A stretch of DNA of 62,732 bases, filler included, from Basidiobolus meristosporus CBS 931.73 (GCA_002104905.1; 3 parts of 3 records of this genome joined end to end with filler, not necessarily neighbours in it), one strand, 5' to 3'; counted from the whole stretch's first letter, positions 1 through 13,222 are shown. Notes: a model not told the origin generated them from the sequence alone. Numbers and translations: made by a program.

Positions 1-1160
1 ACATTCTCACTCAATATTGAGCAGCTCATCTTAGTAAAGACAAATTTCAGTCCCTGAGCAGTTGCTTTACTGACTGAGAGTAAGTTCTTAGCTATTCCAT
101 GTACATAGAGTACATCAGTGAGTCTTGCTGTAGTTGCCCCTGTGCTATTGCCCATATCTGGTTGTATAGACCCACTTGTGGTAGCTTCCAGAGCAGAGTT
201 ATCTCCCAGATAAACCTTTCCTACAGTAATAGTTTTTAAGTTGCTGAACCACTCCTTTATACCACAAATATGCTGTGATGCTCCAGAGTCAATATACCAT
301 TCATTACTCTGGTTACTTGCACTCTCCTGTACAGTTACAAATAACTGTTTGTCAGTAGTTATTTGGTTTGCCTGCTCTAGTTTCTGTTTTTCATCTGCTT
401 GTTTCTTCTTGCATTCTCTTGCCCAGTGTCCTGGCTTTTTACAATAGCTGCAGCAACCAGGTTTTCTTTGGTTTTGTTGTTTTCCCTTCCTTTCTGAGTG
501 CCTTTCTGAACTGAATAAAGCATTATCTTCAATTTTCTCTGCTTGATCATTATGTCTGAGTTCTTCATGGAGAAGTCTTTCTTTGATGTAGTCTAAAGTC
601 AAGTTGTCTTCTCTGCATTCAAAAGAAAGTATGAGTGGCTCATACTCATCTGGTAGGCTGCAAAGCAGACAGTGTATCTTTTCTTCATCATCTACACCTG
701 CATTAATGCTGCAAAGTTCTTCTGCAAGTGTCTCCATTTTCATAATGAGTTGCAGCATGTTATCATCTGGCTTCTTCCTTATGTTGAAGAACTTTTGTTT
801 CAAATAAAGCTTGCTTGATACTGACTTTGCCCTAAAGATCTTCTCTAAGGATTCCCATGCTGCTTTGGCAGTATTTGAGGCATGGATATGTCCAATGAAG
901 GAATCTTGCACATTGATACATATGGCATTAAAGGCCTTTCTCTCCTTCTCTTGAAACTTCTCCACTTCTTCTGCTGTTCCTTTGGGCTCAACTTCTTTTC
1001 CTGTTACTATATTCCAAAGCTTCCTTTCCTCAAGGTGGATCTGCATCTTGATTCTCCAAAGTCTATAGTTCTTTCCATCAAACCTCTCCTTTACAGGGAA
1101 GATGTTTGTGTTGTTCTGTTTGCTGGTAGAAGTCATCTTCAGAATAGATCAAGGCAATCA
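1..1160 (-). mobile_element. Ty1/copia retrotransposon 5' internal region (gag, zinc knuckle, protease), frameshifted
   Basis: Minus-strand translation gives the CCHC knuckle CSYCKKPGHWAREC (~410-452) and the copia protease motif EWYIDSGASQHIC (~262-302). Lies directly downstream of the PBS and LTR. Confidence 0.9.
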
Positions 1161-1172
1161 GGGCTCATAACC
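1161..1172 (-). promoter_or_regulatory. Copia primer-binding site (half-tRNA-iMet type)
   Basis: Minus strand GGTTATGAGCCC immediately after the LTR end ...GCAACA; complementary to the initiator tRNA-Met anticodon arm. Confidence 0.85.
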
Positions 1173-1540
1173 TGTTGCAATTTAAGAAGTGATTGGATAT
1201 AAGGAACTTATCAAGAAATAGTGATAATAGTTGAACTGTTGTTTATTAATAAAGAAGCTCAGTATTTATACCTTTGTAGAAGTAATGCAGCTGTAGCACC
1301 AAGTAAGGAGGGTTTCTCAATATTCAGGAGCATTTGGAAACAGTTTCAGGGTTAGTACATAATAGTTAGTATAAGTGCTAATTTGATCCTGACTATAGGG
1401 GAATAACTATAAGATCATAGATTTGAAGAAAGTGGCAAAGTTAGAGCTATAAATTAGCCCCACAGTGAGCAAGACTAGTCCAGAATTGTTAAGTAAATTT
1501 TTAGCTGCAGAATGATACCAAATAGTCCAATATTTCAACA
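1173..1540 (-). repeat. 5' LTR of the copia element (LTR family 2)
   Basis: TGTTG at 1173 and CAACA at 1536-1540; TATAAATAC and AATAAA on the minus strand; abuts the PBS. Confidence 0.75.
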
Positions 1541-2979
1541 GGACACTCCCAGGAAACCACCCTCACAGCCAACTGACCTTGGAGGCACTACTTGGGAGGA
1601 ATACTCAGAGAAGGTATCTTTTATTATATTTGGTTCTTTCCCAAGCTTGTTCTTGTACAGGCAAAGATACTTTTCTGTCTTTGTAACTATTGACTAAAGC
1701 TGCATTCTTATCAAGTCCCTGCTGGTAGAGTTTATAGTGGTTTTGACTTTGGAAGCTTTAGTACATTGTCATCTTAAAGGAATCTGAGCCCAGCACATAC
1801 TTTAGTTACGGCACCTACAAAGTTGGGGACTGTAGCTCAATAGTTTTACCTTGACAAGCTTGTGGCTTTATTCCTCTTTACATTGGAGTAGTGACAGAAC
1901 CCAGGTATTCCTAGCAAGCTTTTGCCAGAGGTTACTGCACCAAGTGAACACCCCACATATAACACTTGAGTAGTGTTGGATGTATCTCTCCCTTGAACTT
2001 ATAAACCACCACACTGGTTGACCTTCTCACTAAAGTTGCTCTTGACAGTGTTTTGCTGGCTCTGGGCCATGGTAGTCATTCCTTGTTGCTGCTGGCTAAG
2101 GATCTGGAGTAACTGTTGCTGTTGGGGTAGGATTTGCTGCGTACCATTCTTCATCCTAAGTTTTTGGACTTCTTGAGGGAGGCTCCTTCTTTCTTCAGGG
2201 AGGCATTCCTGATCACTGCTGCTACTAATTTTACAACTCTTGATATATAAGTGGTAGGGGAATAGTGAGCTTAGCTAGTTTTGTATTCACTGAAACGTGA
2301 ACTGATTTTTATTGAGGTTCCAGCAGCTCCTTATATACATTTTGCCAGATCAATTGCTGAGAAGTTTTATTTCCTAATGTTAGTTGGGGCTGATGACTCA
2401 TTTGAATGCATCACCATCACCCAATTATATCCTACTTAATCTATGTATTTCTGTCTGATAAGCATCTGCTTATTTACCTGCTGACTGATGTTACTGATTT
2501 GATATATAACACTGATTTACCAACAGGCTAAAATAAGACTAATTAATTTGACTAAAAGCTGATCTAACTTAAACATAACAGTGGTGTAGTGGGGTCATAG
2601 TGACACCTACTAACAGATGTGCTCATTGCCATATTTTTTACTTCCCTATTTTTCTACTACACTTATTTTAGGTTTATTCCATATTTCTTATTTAATCAGT
2701 ACTATCCCATTAGCCAGCTGACAATCACACCTGCTTACCTTATTGCTTAAGTTATCCCTCACTTTACATGAGATTACTATATGTGATTGCTTCTATGTAA
2801 GGCAAGCACCCATGCCAGTACCCATGACATATGACCAATCTGTATTGCCATCCCTACCATTTTTATACCATATATGGAATCCCTATGTTACACATCAAAG
2901 CAGTGTTTTTTATGGTGCACACAGTAAGACACTCATCAATGTACATTATTATATCATCTTTCTGTCAGCACTACTGTGA

Positions 2980-3870
2980 TCTTTAGATAGTCTTGCATTG
3001 GAGGCATTGCATCTACACAAATGTATGCTTCTATGATGGCCTGCTATTATAAACATCTTAAATAAAGTTGTGGCACCACATACACTTATTTATGCTATAC
3101 TATCACACATTTTTTTAACTCACATTCATGTATGTGCAGCAAAAAAGTAAAGCAAATTTGTCAGTTTCCAGCCAAGCTCCACAGCAAACAACAGCAGAGA
3201 GACAGTTGGACAACAGCTTGCACTTACATTCAGTTCCCCAAGCAGGGCTTTATCTAAAAACAACCATGTTGACAGTGTTGCACCAAATATAATAGTGCAA
3301 ACTCCTCTGGCTCTGAGCCATATTTGAAATTCAGAATCTCTGCAGAGATGTAAGCTGACCATAATACACTGGTAGATGAGACAATTGCAAATGTTATACC
3401 CCTGGTAGAAGACCAGCAAATGACTAGTAAAATGTCACCCTTACAAGCATCAGCAAGTATGCTGTCAGCTCAGACCAAAGCATAAATGAAGTGATTAGGT
3501 GCTGCAGCAAATAGGATAAATGTAATGACCCAGCAAAATCAGGAAGATATCCAAAAACAGGATACATATACAATATGTGTGGAGTAATCAACATCCCAGG
3601 TAGAGGTTGCAGTATCTTAGCTGCCAAGAGGGAACACAGGTAGCTCAAAGTCACAGCCACAAATTCATCCATTTCTTGGTGTAATGGCAGAGGATTACTA
3701 TATAGTATTTGAAATACAACAATAGTTTCTAAGTATAGAGCCTCCAGAAAAACCTATTTCAGCATGGGAGGGAGAGACTATGGTGCCTATACCAAAGCCT
3801 GAAAATCAACAGACATTGATTATCTTTAGAGCTGCTGAGTGCAATTATCACAATTGTCAAATATTCAACA
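2980..3870 (+). mobile_element. Decayed second copy of the accessory region of the CACTA-like element
   Basis: Homologous to the reverse complement of ~8480-9330 (shared peptides VGQQLALTFS and APHT, shared DNA tataccaaagcctg..aatcaa), with many stops. Confidence 0.65.
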
Positions 3871-4186
3871 ACCTCTTGGAGTTCTAGCACAGCATCACAA
3901 AATGTGAGCATACCATGGGAACATCAGGAAATCAAAGCAAACAACAATTTGCTTGACCTATTCCATGAGTATAATTCTTGATTCAAGCAAGCAACTAGAT
4001 TTTGGGCCAGCATTGGTATGTTAAGAAAGTACCTCAAGAACAGCAGAAACTATTGAAGGCAGACAGGCAATGGTGCCACAGTTAAAAGTCTGCACTTCTT
4101 CAGGAGCTAATTTCAAGCAGAGCTGAGGCAAATCACAAGTGGTCAAGTAATGTCAGGTAGCCAGGCAAGTGCCTGTAAGGGGGATG

Positions 4187-4315
4187 TGTTGCAAATTAAG
4201 AAGTGATTTGAATATAAGGAACTTATTAAGACATAGTGATAATAGTTGAACTGTTGTGTATTCATAAAGAGGCTCAGTATTTGTACCTTTGTAGAAGTAA
4301 TACAGCTGCTACAAT
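4187..4315 (-). repeat. Fragment of LTR family 2
   Basis: Close match to 1173-1295; ends where a TAGACTTGTTCC transposon terminus begins (~4316). Confidence 0.75.
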
Positions 4316-4599
4316 AGACTTGTTCCATTGTACTGTGCCAGGGCACATGGTGCTATCTGTGGTCTCTGAGAACAATTGGGTGCAATATTATAGCTACCAG
4401 TAGGCAGGATTGCTCTTGGACAATTTTGCACCAGGTGGGACAATCTTGCTCACTTTGGCACAATCTGACGCAATGAGGTTGGCACAGATGATTGCACCAA
4501 CTAGTAATGTATGCATCACATGCATAGTTGAATACCGCTATTGTGGTAGGTAAAATACAGTATTTGGATATGTTTCTTTAATGCAAATGGAAATATATA

Positions 4600-5331
4600 G
4601 ACTTGTTCCGTTGGATAGTGCCACACTGAGCCATGAGTGCCAAATGATGCCATAGCATGCCAGGGAGGCCAAGTGAGCCTAAAATTGGCCACAGAGTGTG
4701 AAACATAGCTCTTCATCTTCATGCAGAGCAGCCCCTGTGTTTCACCCATTGTGTTGGAGAAAATCCATTTTTTGACCTTTTTTTTTGGATCAATTTAGTG
4801 CATGACGTGTAAGAGCACAGAAGAATTGAAGACATGCACCTGGTACTCAATACCCATGGCACTCTGAATCTAGCTCCTGTAGCTTGTATCATGTCATAAA
4901 AATGAATGGCACTGTCTTGGTCCACTGGTACTATCTGACACTATAAGTGCTTTACATAGGTCTTACTTTAGGGCTAATATTTAAATATAGTGCCAGATAG
5001 TACCAGTGGACCAAGATAGTGCCATTCATTTTTGTGACATGATACAAGCTACAGGAGCTAGATTCAGAGTGCCATGTGTATTGAGTACCAGATGCATGTC
5101 ATTGGTCCTTCTGTCCTCTTACACATCATACACAACACTGATCCAAAAAAAAAGGTCAAAAAATGGATTGTCACCAACACAAAGGGTGAAACACAGGGGC
5201 TGCTTGTCATGAAGATGCAGAGCTATGTTTCATACTCTGGGGCCAAGTTTAGGTCTGCTATGCCTCTCTGGCACGCAATGGCACTATTTGGCACTCATGG
5301 CTCAATGTGGCACTATCCAACGGAACAAGTC
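4600..5331. mobile_element. Foldback/MITE-like element with ~345-bp inverted arms and ~40-bp spacer
   Basis: 4600-4946 is the reverse complement of ~4989-5331 (mirror ORFs 4719..4925- and 5006..5212+). Termini GACTTGTTCCGTTGG / CCAACGGAACAAGTC, each flanked by TA. Confidence 0.9.
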
Positions 5332-6779
5332 TAATACATATCACACTATAAACTACACTGATACTTACCATTTTGGCTACCATCACTCCAATTGGATGGT
5401 ATCTCAGCAGTTAATTGGTCCAAAGTATCCTGAAGCTGTCAGCCCTTAATTGGCTCTGACCAATATACAAGCTACCTTATTTGCCTTCAAATATCCCATT
5501 TTTCCCATCAAGCAAGTAAATCCCTGATCCTAGTGATTGGACAAGGTGTCATAGCCAGCATGCAACCAATCAAACAGGTGCAAAACAGATCAAATGGCTG
5601 CACATGTGTAACAGATGAAATATATATATGCAGGTTGTTTACTTGTAGGGGCTCTGTCTTAAATGTGAGACAACCTTGATCTTGCTTATATCAAAAATTT
5701 AGTGAATACTGATTTGTGGTGGCTTGAGTTTGATTGCAAAAAAATGCATTGTTTGGATCATGACAAATAATAGCAACTTAATGCAATTACATCATCTTCT
5801 CCTAGGTTTTTTTCTCATAAGGATTACTACTGAAGCAATTGGTAGTGATTCACTTTGCACACCTAAACTACTTGCCTGCTAACTATCCTCTTGGCTACTT
5901 GTGTATTTGTGGTTGGTATTTTGCCTCCTAGTTGATGGTGCAATGCTGCAGCTTGGCCACACTTAATTGCCCTGGATGATGCTACTGAACTGGCCTGCAG
6001 TGCTACATGCTGATGTGCTCTTTTACTTGCCAGAGGCTCTGGTGGTGGAGGCACTTTATGTGGATCATCATCAGTGAGTTCACCAGAAGTAACTAGCTGA
6101 TGGTCAGGTGTTATGGCAGGCACAGGCGCAACTTGATGGGCTGGAATGGCCTGAAGCTGAGTTCAATGTGATGTTGCTTATTGATGCAATCTGGCCTGCT
6201 CCAATAGACTTGCATCCAAATGAGCAGTTTGGAGAGTTCTGGTGGTTTTGCTCTAAAGTGCACACATTGACCTAACATATGTTGACTCAATGCAGGGTGC
6301 TCATGTGAAGGGTATTAGCATAGTTTAGACTGACATGTGCCAGCACGCTGCTGCTTAAGGGATGGTAAGGAATCTAGCAAAGAGCACTGGCACAATCTTG
6401 ATGCTGTTGCTTGCAGTCTGTATTCTTCCTCTTGAAGCTCACCTTCTGATTCCTCAAGGTATTCACTTACCCTCTGTCTGATACTTTAGAACTGTTGCCT
6501 GGGTGAGTCCTGTGTATATAGCTCTTGGAAGCTACTTAGCACTACTAATATACCACATAATACATTACACTTGTTCTGTTGGATAGTGCCACATAGTGCC
6601 AGCCTGTTTATAGTGCCGGATTAATCTGGCACTATCTGGCAGTATAATGTCTACCATCATGCCAGTGGTAGGTTAAAGTTACTGGTAATTTTACTCAATT
6701 TTACTTATGTTGCTCAGAGTAGTGCTTTCCTTGCTTTATTTACTCATCATAATGCTCCAGACACATTTCTCTCAGTGGA

Positions 6780-7570
6780 TATCTTCTTTTATGAATATAC
6801 TGTGCATTGATAAGTATCTTAACTATTTACCTATTCTGCTGTGTTCTCCTCTATATGACCTTCCTCTGTATTTACCTGCCAATATGCTGAATATCTTCAG
6901 ATATCAAAATGTATGCTCTACCCTCACTCTGAAATAATTAAATATCTCGTTGTAGAGCTTCTGCTTCCTGCTAAGCACACCATTCCTTGGCTTCCTGTAA
7001 GCTGTAATACATCCTAATCTCTGAAAATCCTCTCCTATATAAGCTAAGTTTGCCATCCATTTCTCCCCTCTACTGAATTCTGGATGATTCTCTACCCAGA
7101 GTGCTTTGTCATGCTTACTTCCAGCAAATTGCTCACTAAACCAGATGATGTTACCCTCAATGTCAGACAGTGCTTGAAACTTCACACAGTGTTCCTTGTA
7201 CTTGCCAGAATAAAAGTGCCTCTGCCCTCTAGAAGGTCTGTTAATCCTGACTGGGAAGGTATTCAAAATACTCCTTATATGGAACCTGTTGCTGAACACT
7301 CTGGGATATGGAAGTCTATTTGAGCTTCTAAACCTAGTATTCCAAGCTTGTTCTAAGTCATTCATACCCTCTGCAAGGTGGCTCTCCATTGCTATCAGCT
7401 GATAATGAAAACTTCTAGGACTTTTGTTGCCATGGATGGTGGGATGAAACCTTGTAGGGCAATAGTTCTTGTAATAGCAGAGAAGCTTAACAAGGGATCT
7501 CCTTGAGTAGATTGGGGTAGATGGATCACAGTACTTGGTATAGATCTCCTCTAGTGTGTCAAAAGGAAAT
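6780..7570 (-). pseudogene. DDE_Tnp_4 (Harbinger/IS5-like) transposase
   Basis: Motifs TFPVRINRP..Q..FYSGKYKEHCVKFQ, FAGSKHD, AYRKP, RVRVEHTF*YLKIFSIL. The in-frame TGA at 6904-6906 is probably a CGA>TGA change. Boundaries approximate. Confidence 0.85.
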
Positions 7571-7963
7571 CCAGTGGTAGTGATGGGATTGATGAGAAAA
7601 GACTATTCAGATGAGTATATCATATTAAAATTGGAAGAGATTGCGCAGAGATGATTTGATTTGATTTGATTTGGCATGATCAGCTTAATTTATCTGATTT
7701 TCCATGCATTATGATTAAATCTCCATCAAGTGCCATGTATCCCATCATTATGCTGCAAATATCATCCTCAAACAATGACTGGGTATTTTTATTGATGTTT
7801 TACTCACAAGTCTATAATCAAATAGGAAATCTGCAATTGATGTGATCTGATCCATGTCAATGTAGTCTGAGATGCATCATGCATAATACATGGAAAATTC
7901 AACAATCACATTAGTTTTCATACATATTTCATATAAGACCAGGTTGATGCCTATACATCACTA

Positions 7964-8172
7964 GACTTGTTCCATCATTCCAGCTGATCATAGTGCCCAA
8001 TAGTGCCATAGCATGCCAGATGGTGCCTGATCATGCCACAGAGTGCCAGATGGAGCCATACAGTGCCAATTTGGGATCAAAATTGACTTGCATATGACCC
8101 TAAAGTATCAAATTAATAACAAAATATACAGCACTTTCTGGCACTATGATCAATGGCACAATGGAACAAGTC
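7964..8172. mobile_element. 209-bp MITE of the GACTTGTTCC TIR family
   Basis: TA|GACTTGTTCCATC...ATGGAACAAGTC|TA with internal ATAGTGCC/GGCACTAT subterminal repeats. Confidence 0.8.
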
Positions 8173-8542
8173 TACTGTATAAGTATCCAAATCCATCACT
8201 ATGGTCCCTATACCAAGTCTCAGCTCATCTTTAGTACAACCCAGACAAAACCCATCCCCCAGCTCACAAGCATGCTCCAGACCGGAAAAGTCAATGTTGG
8301 ATCCGCTTGAGTTCTTGCCAAATGCTTTTAGTATGGTCCAAGTGTCTATGATGAGCCTTCATACAGATATTTGGGCACTACTCATTAATCTAGTAGAACT
8401 AGATAGCTCAGAGAGTTGAAAGAGATGGAAGAACTTGAGTAGAAAGCTGAAGCCACTCTTCACTGTTGCACTTGTTGGCTTCACATATCCTCAATGTATT
8501 TTGATTTGCAGGCTTTGGTATAAACACCACATTGTCTACCTC

Positions 8543-9244
8543 TCACACTGTGATAGGTTCTTCCGTGGACTTTATTTTTGGGGACTGTTGCTGTGCTTCA
8601 AAGTCTGTATGGTGTTCCTCTGCTGTTACATCAGGAAATAGCTCAATTCTTGGCTGTGAAATTGAGCTACTTAAGTTCCTTCTTTGCAGCAAAGATGCTG
8701 CTTTGTCTACCTGGGATATTGATTGCTCTATGCATATTATCCACTCATCCTGTTTCTGGAGTATTTCCTGATTTCTCTGGGCCATTGCATCTATCCTATC
8801 AGCCACTGCACCTAGTAGCTTCATTAATTCTTTGGTATGAGCTGACAACATACCTGCTAATATGGGTGGTGGTGCTGTTATCAGGGCCACTTGCTGATCT
8901 TCAACCAAGTGTACTGTGTTTGCTGCATTCTCATCTGCCTGAGCATAACAATCAGCTTGTGGCTCCACAGAGGTTCTCAATTGCCTACTTGATTGAGAAC
9001 CTGAGGAGTCTACATTATTACTGTTAATGGGCACACTGTCCACAGGGCCTTTTTTGGATGTAGCCCCACTTGTTGCACTGAATGTCAAAGCAAGCTGTTG
9101 TCCAACCATTCTTCTGTTGCCATCAGTGGAGGGGTTTGGTTTAGAACCAGACAACTTTGCTTTATTTTTTTGGCGGCATATATATAGAAGTGAGTTAAGC
9201 CAAAGGGGAAGTAGTGTTACATATATGTGTGTATGTGGTGCCAC
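8543..9244 (-). CDS. Transposon-associated ORF of unknown function, divergent from the CACTA transposase; probably decayed
   Basis: 233-aa ORF with a coiled-coil-like segment, CpG-depleted, with a homologous decayed copy at ~3070-3750. Confidence 0.45.
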   Translation of the reverse strand: MAPHTHIYVTLLPLWLNSLLYICRQKNKAKLSGSKPNPSTDGNRRMVGQQLALTFSATSGATSKKGPVDSVPINSNNVDSSGSQSSRQLRTSVEPQADCYAQADENAANTVHLVEDQQVALITAPPPILAGMLSAHTKELMKLLGAVADRIDAMAQRNQEILQKQDEWIICIEQSISQVDKAASLLQRRNLSSSISQPRIELFPDVTAEEHHTDFEAQQQSPKIKSTEEPITV

Positions 9245-9619
9245 AACTTTATTTATAATGCTTACTATTGCAGGTCATCATTGAATCTTACATTCATGTA
9301 GGTGCAATGTCTCAAGTACAAGACTGTCTCAAGTTCACATGAGTATTGACCAAAAGGTGATACAATGGCATCATGTTGTTGAAGGTCAAACTGTTTGCCC
9401 TATGGACAAAACTGCTTTGACTTAATGCTGTAAGAGAAGAGAAACAAGACCATGTTGCTATTGTGGCAAGCCTCTCAGCAATAAGGCATGCAGACAGCAT
9501 AGGAAGTATTACAAGGATCATGGCCAGTGTTTTGCCACCCAAGTCATATTTGACCATTCATCATGCACTACTGAATCAGCATTATCTTGCCAGCCAGTTA
9601 GTACTTCTATATTGGCACC

Positions 9620-12100
9620 TGGCCATCTTTGTCACCTTGCGCAAACTGAGTCAGGTGAATTTGTGATGCCTTTAGGCTCACCTCAGCCATCTGAATATGG
9701 TATGCAGAGTGATAGCTCTGACAAAGAAGGTTTGCTGATGGATTTTGAGCCTATTTCCCCTAACAACAGTACCATGTATGCGCCTGGTCAAATCCCTATA
9801 TGCAATGAGACAGCACCCATTGAAACAAATGCCAAGGATACTTTATGAAGCCAAGTGAGCCCAGCAATCCATCTACTGGTGAATGATGTAATGTTGTGGC
9901 TAGAGAAGTGGTGCATTTCCACTAATATCAGTAATGGGGGCTTTGAGGATTTATTACAACTTCTTGCTAAAATCATACCAAGATGCAACTAACCATGTAC
10001 ATGGTACAAGTGGACAACTGTCATGTGGCTGGCAACATATGATCCAGAAACTGTCCTGATTCCAGCATGTGTTAACAATTGCATGGCATTCACATCTAAA
10101 TATGCTATCATTGCCACATGTCCAAATTGCCAGGAATCCACCACCATCAAGGGAAAATACTGTACACACTCCGGATATATTCAGGCCTTACCCCATTGGA
10201 GGAAGCAGATGCAGTCCAACAAATATTGCAAAGCTATACAGTACTGCAATCAGTATCAATCAAGTGCAAGCATATCCAATATACTGGATGGCAAACATTA
10301 CAAAGAGCTAAGAAGCAAGGGCTACTTTGAAGTTATGTATGACCATGCATTTGCTTTAGCACTTGATGGATTCTCATTAAATAAGTACTCTACCAGCAAA
10401 TCCTGCTAGCCACTGATTCTCATCAATCTGAATCTGCTGCCCATCTTATGGTATCAGAACAATAATCTGCTGGTAGTCTCACTGGTATCTGGGCCTAAAT
10501 CACTATCCAACCTGGATAGCTACCTGTTTCCATTACTGGATGAATTTTGTATGCTTTCCAGTAGGATAATGGTAAATGGCCATCATGTAAAAGTGCATAT
10601 TATTATCTGCATTGGAGATACCCCAGCCATCAGCAAGATAGCAGGTTTTTCCAGGCACAATGGACAGTATTGCTGTCAAATGTGTGAGATCCTGGGGATT
10701 TACTCCATAACTCACACACATTATTATTAACCTAACACCAGCACTAAGAACATCATCTTTCCACAGAGAGAATGTACAGAAGTAAACATGTAATTGCTGC
10801 AAAATTGGCAAGCTATAAGCCATTGGTTGGAATATGGAATCAATTGGAAACCAGAGATACTTAAGATAGAGGGTATCTGTAGGAGCAAAAGCTTTCCACT
10901 GGGAGCAATGCATTTGCATTTCAACAATATCCCTATACTGATGACCAAGTTGTCCATGTGGCATTTCAAGCTAAATGAGCCCTTTGATATACCGGAGAAA
11001 TTTGAAAGAATTGGTAAGATATTACAGAGTATTTGCTACCCTAAGTACTTCTCATGGGTGCCAATTAATATTCATATACATATGCAACAATACAAATGCA
11101 AAGACTGGATGAACTGGATATGTATTTGTTTAAGTGGTGATCTGAAGCCATTCCTACCAAGAGTACATTGGAAGCATTGGGAGCCATATGTAGACATTGT
11201 AGGAATATTTATCTAGAGGTGGATCACCAATGCCAATGTGACACATCTACAGCTGTTGTGTGAGGAGTTTGTGACAGGATTTGAGCGGCTATACTACAAA
11301 CATAAAGCTGAACACATAGATCTCTGCTGCTACTGTATCCATTCTCTACTCCATCTTGCATGGTGTGTGGAGAATATTGGGCCTTGCTTCACCTTTTGGG
11401 AGTTTCCTATGTAGTGGATGTGTGGGGAGATAGGAAGACAGGTCAAGTTGCAGGTACTACCATATCCCAATCTTATCAAGAATATTACCTTCAAGTCCAT
11501 CATGGATGTGATGAGTTGGCACATGGAGGACAGCCAGAAAAAGTTGGAAGATGCTGAGGACAAATGTGCTCATGGAGTCACCTATGCCTATGGCATTAAG
11601 AAGCTAAGCAGCCCCAATGCAAGAGTAATCAATTAAGTAATGCAAAGTTAGGTTGGGTGCAACAAGCAACTAATTTTTGTTAGGAAAACCCCACCAAGGT
11701 ATGCTGGATTTCTCATGGTCACAAGCCACCTTTAAACCATTCAATATGGAATTCACACAAACAAAAGCCAGAGCACACCTATAAGGGGGACTAGAATCCA
11801 GCAGGGAGAAGGAATATATTGGCTAAATACCGAGAAGTTCTTTGCGGATATTCAGGAGGTATTCATGGCAGAAGTGGCAACAACCAGGCATATGTTTGCA
11901 AGATGTATATGTTACCAGCAGTACAAGGTGTATGGTAATGTTGCAAGTATCACACTAAAAAGCCATAAAGTTGATGTGATAGAAGTATGTCAATTGCGGC
12001 AGGTGTGTGCATTTGTAGAGGTTGGTAAGCAGGAGGCCATAGTTTTTTTTGATTTGGTAAATTGGTACAGTAGCATTATACAGAGCCAGTGGTAGGCCAT
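9620..12100 (+). mobile_element. CACTA/EnSpm (Transposase_21-like) transposase region, pseudogenised
   Basis: Across frames: CVNNCMAF..CPNC, LALDGF, SC*PLILINLNL, GPKSLSNLDSYLFPLLDE, GDTPAISK..HNGQYCCQMC, MHLHFNNI, HSLLHL..VENIGP.F.FWEFP. No CACTA termini located. Confidence 0.8.
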
Positions 12101-12479
12101 CATACTACCAATATAATGCCATCAGAGTCTTGCTGTGAGGCCGTCAAAATACTGTCAAGTTTCTTGCCATTTAAGGCAATTGGATGTTCTGGCCAACTGG
12201 ATCCACTTAAAATAGTTATAGGGTGCTAAAAGACTGCAACAATACCATGCAAATATTGTCACAGCACCAATAGAATATTGTCAAGTTTTTTCCCTTTATT
12301 TGGTTGTAAAATTAGCAAAACACCATCATGATCCCATCATAAGATTGTTAGGAGGGTCACTAATTCCAAGCTGCTGGTATTATGATGGTCTCTCAACAGG
12401 ATCCTGACAGCTGATCTGGATTGGATCCACCTGTGGGACCAAATTATTTTTCATAGGGTTTATTTCAAGATAATCAAGG

Positions 12480-12707
12480 ATGTATACAATTAGGTAGAAA
12501 TCCAACTTCTCATGCTAGAACTAAGCTCATAGCTATTAGACATCATTTCATACATGAAGCTATAGAGAATAACTGAGCTAACTTAGCCTACAATCCTACA
12601 GATGAAATGATTGCAGACATATTTACCAAACCATTGACTAGAGACAAGTTTGAATATCTTGGGCCATAATAAGGACTAGTCAGTATAAGTATCAAGTTGA
12701 GTGGGAG
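12480..12707 (+). mobile_element. Ty1/copia 3' end (RNase H C-terminus and PPT)
   Basis: RTKLIAIRHHFIHE..DEMIADIFTKPLTRDKFEYL; polypurine tract GAGTGGGAG at 12699-12707. Confidence 0.9.
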
Positions 12708-13056
12708 TGTTGTAAATATTTGTAATTCCACCTAAATATTCATCTAACTTAGTCACTTAGATCATTACCTTCAGATCTCAGAGCATACTGACTAAAATCC
12801 TTGTTGGGATTTACTTAGAATATTATTACCAAAATATTAGGTACCCAGAACATGAGTATTCTCAAAGTTGCTCAAGCAGCCCCAAACCTTGTACACATGG
12901 TCTTGGGACCCTCCTAAACCTACTCTACATGTCTGTTATGCCAAGAGCATGTAAAACTATAAATACTACTTTTACATTCAATACATCATTAGGTGAAGAC
13001 CACATAATCTACTTGTACTCCCAATCACTTCCAATATCTCCAAGACTCTTAAAACA
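12708..13056 (+). repeat. 3' LTR (LTR family 1, 349 bp)
   Basis: TGTTGTAA...AAAACA directly after the PPT; TATAAATAC box; many related copies in the window. Confidence 0.9.
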
Positions 13057-13222
13057 TGACGGTCTTTGCACAGTGTCCTGATGGGATCAATACTACTTAG
13101 TCATGGGACCTTAAATTTGTGATGGCCTTTTGATGGGATCATCACAATAATTTTCATAGGGCCAGTAATTCAAGTAGCAGGCATTCTAGGGAGTGTTAGC
13201 CTGTGGCTTATTACAGGTTGTG

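Larger units (their letters stand above)
6568..8172 (-). mobile_element. PIF/Harbinger-IS5-like (DDE_Tnp_4) DNA transposon remnant
   Basis: Left terminus TA|CACTTGTTCTGTTGG and right terminus GGAACAAGTC|TA enclose a DDE transposase ORF. The true right boundary is uncertain because of the nested MITE-like unit. Confidence 0.65.

Noticed and set aside
1700-2250. Possible retrotransposon gag remnants (also ~5860-6500)
   Set aside because: CpG-depleted and TE-like, but no diagnostic motif could be read.
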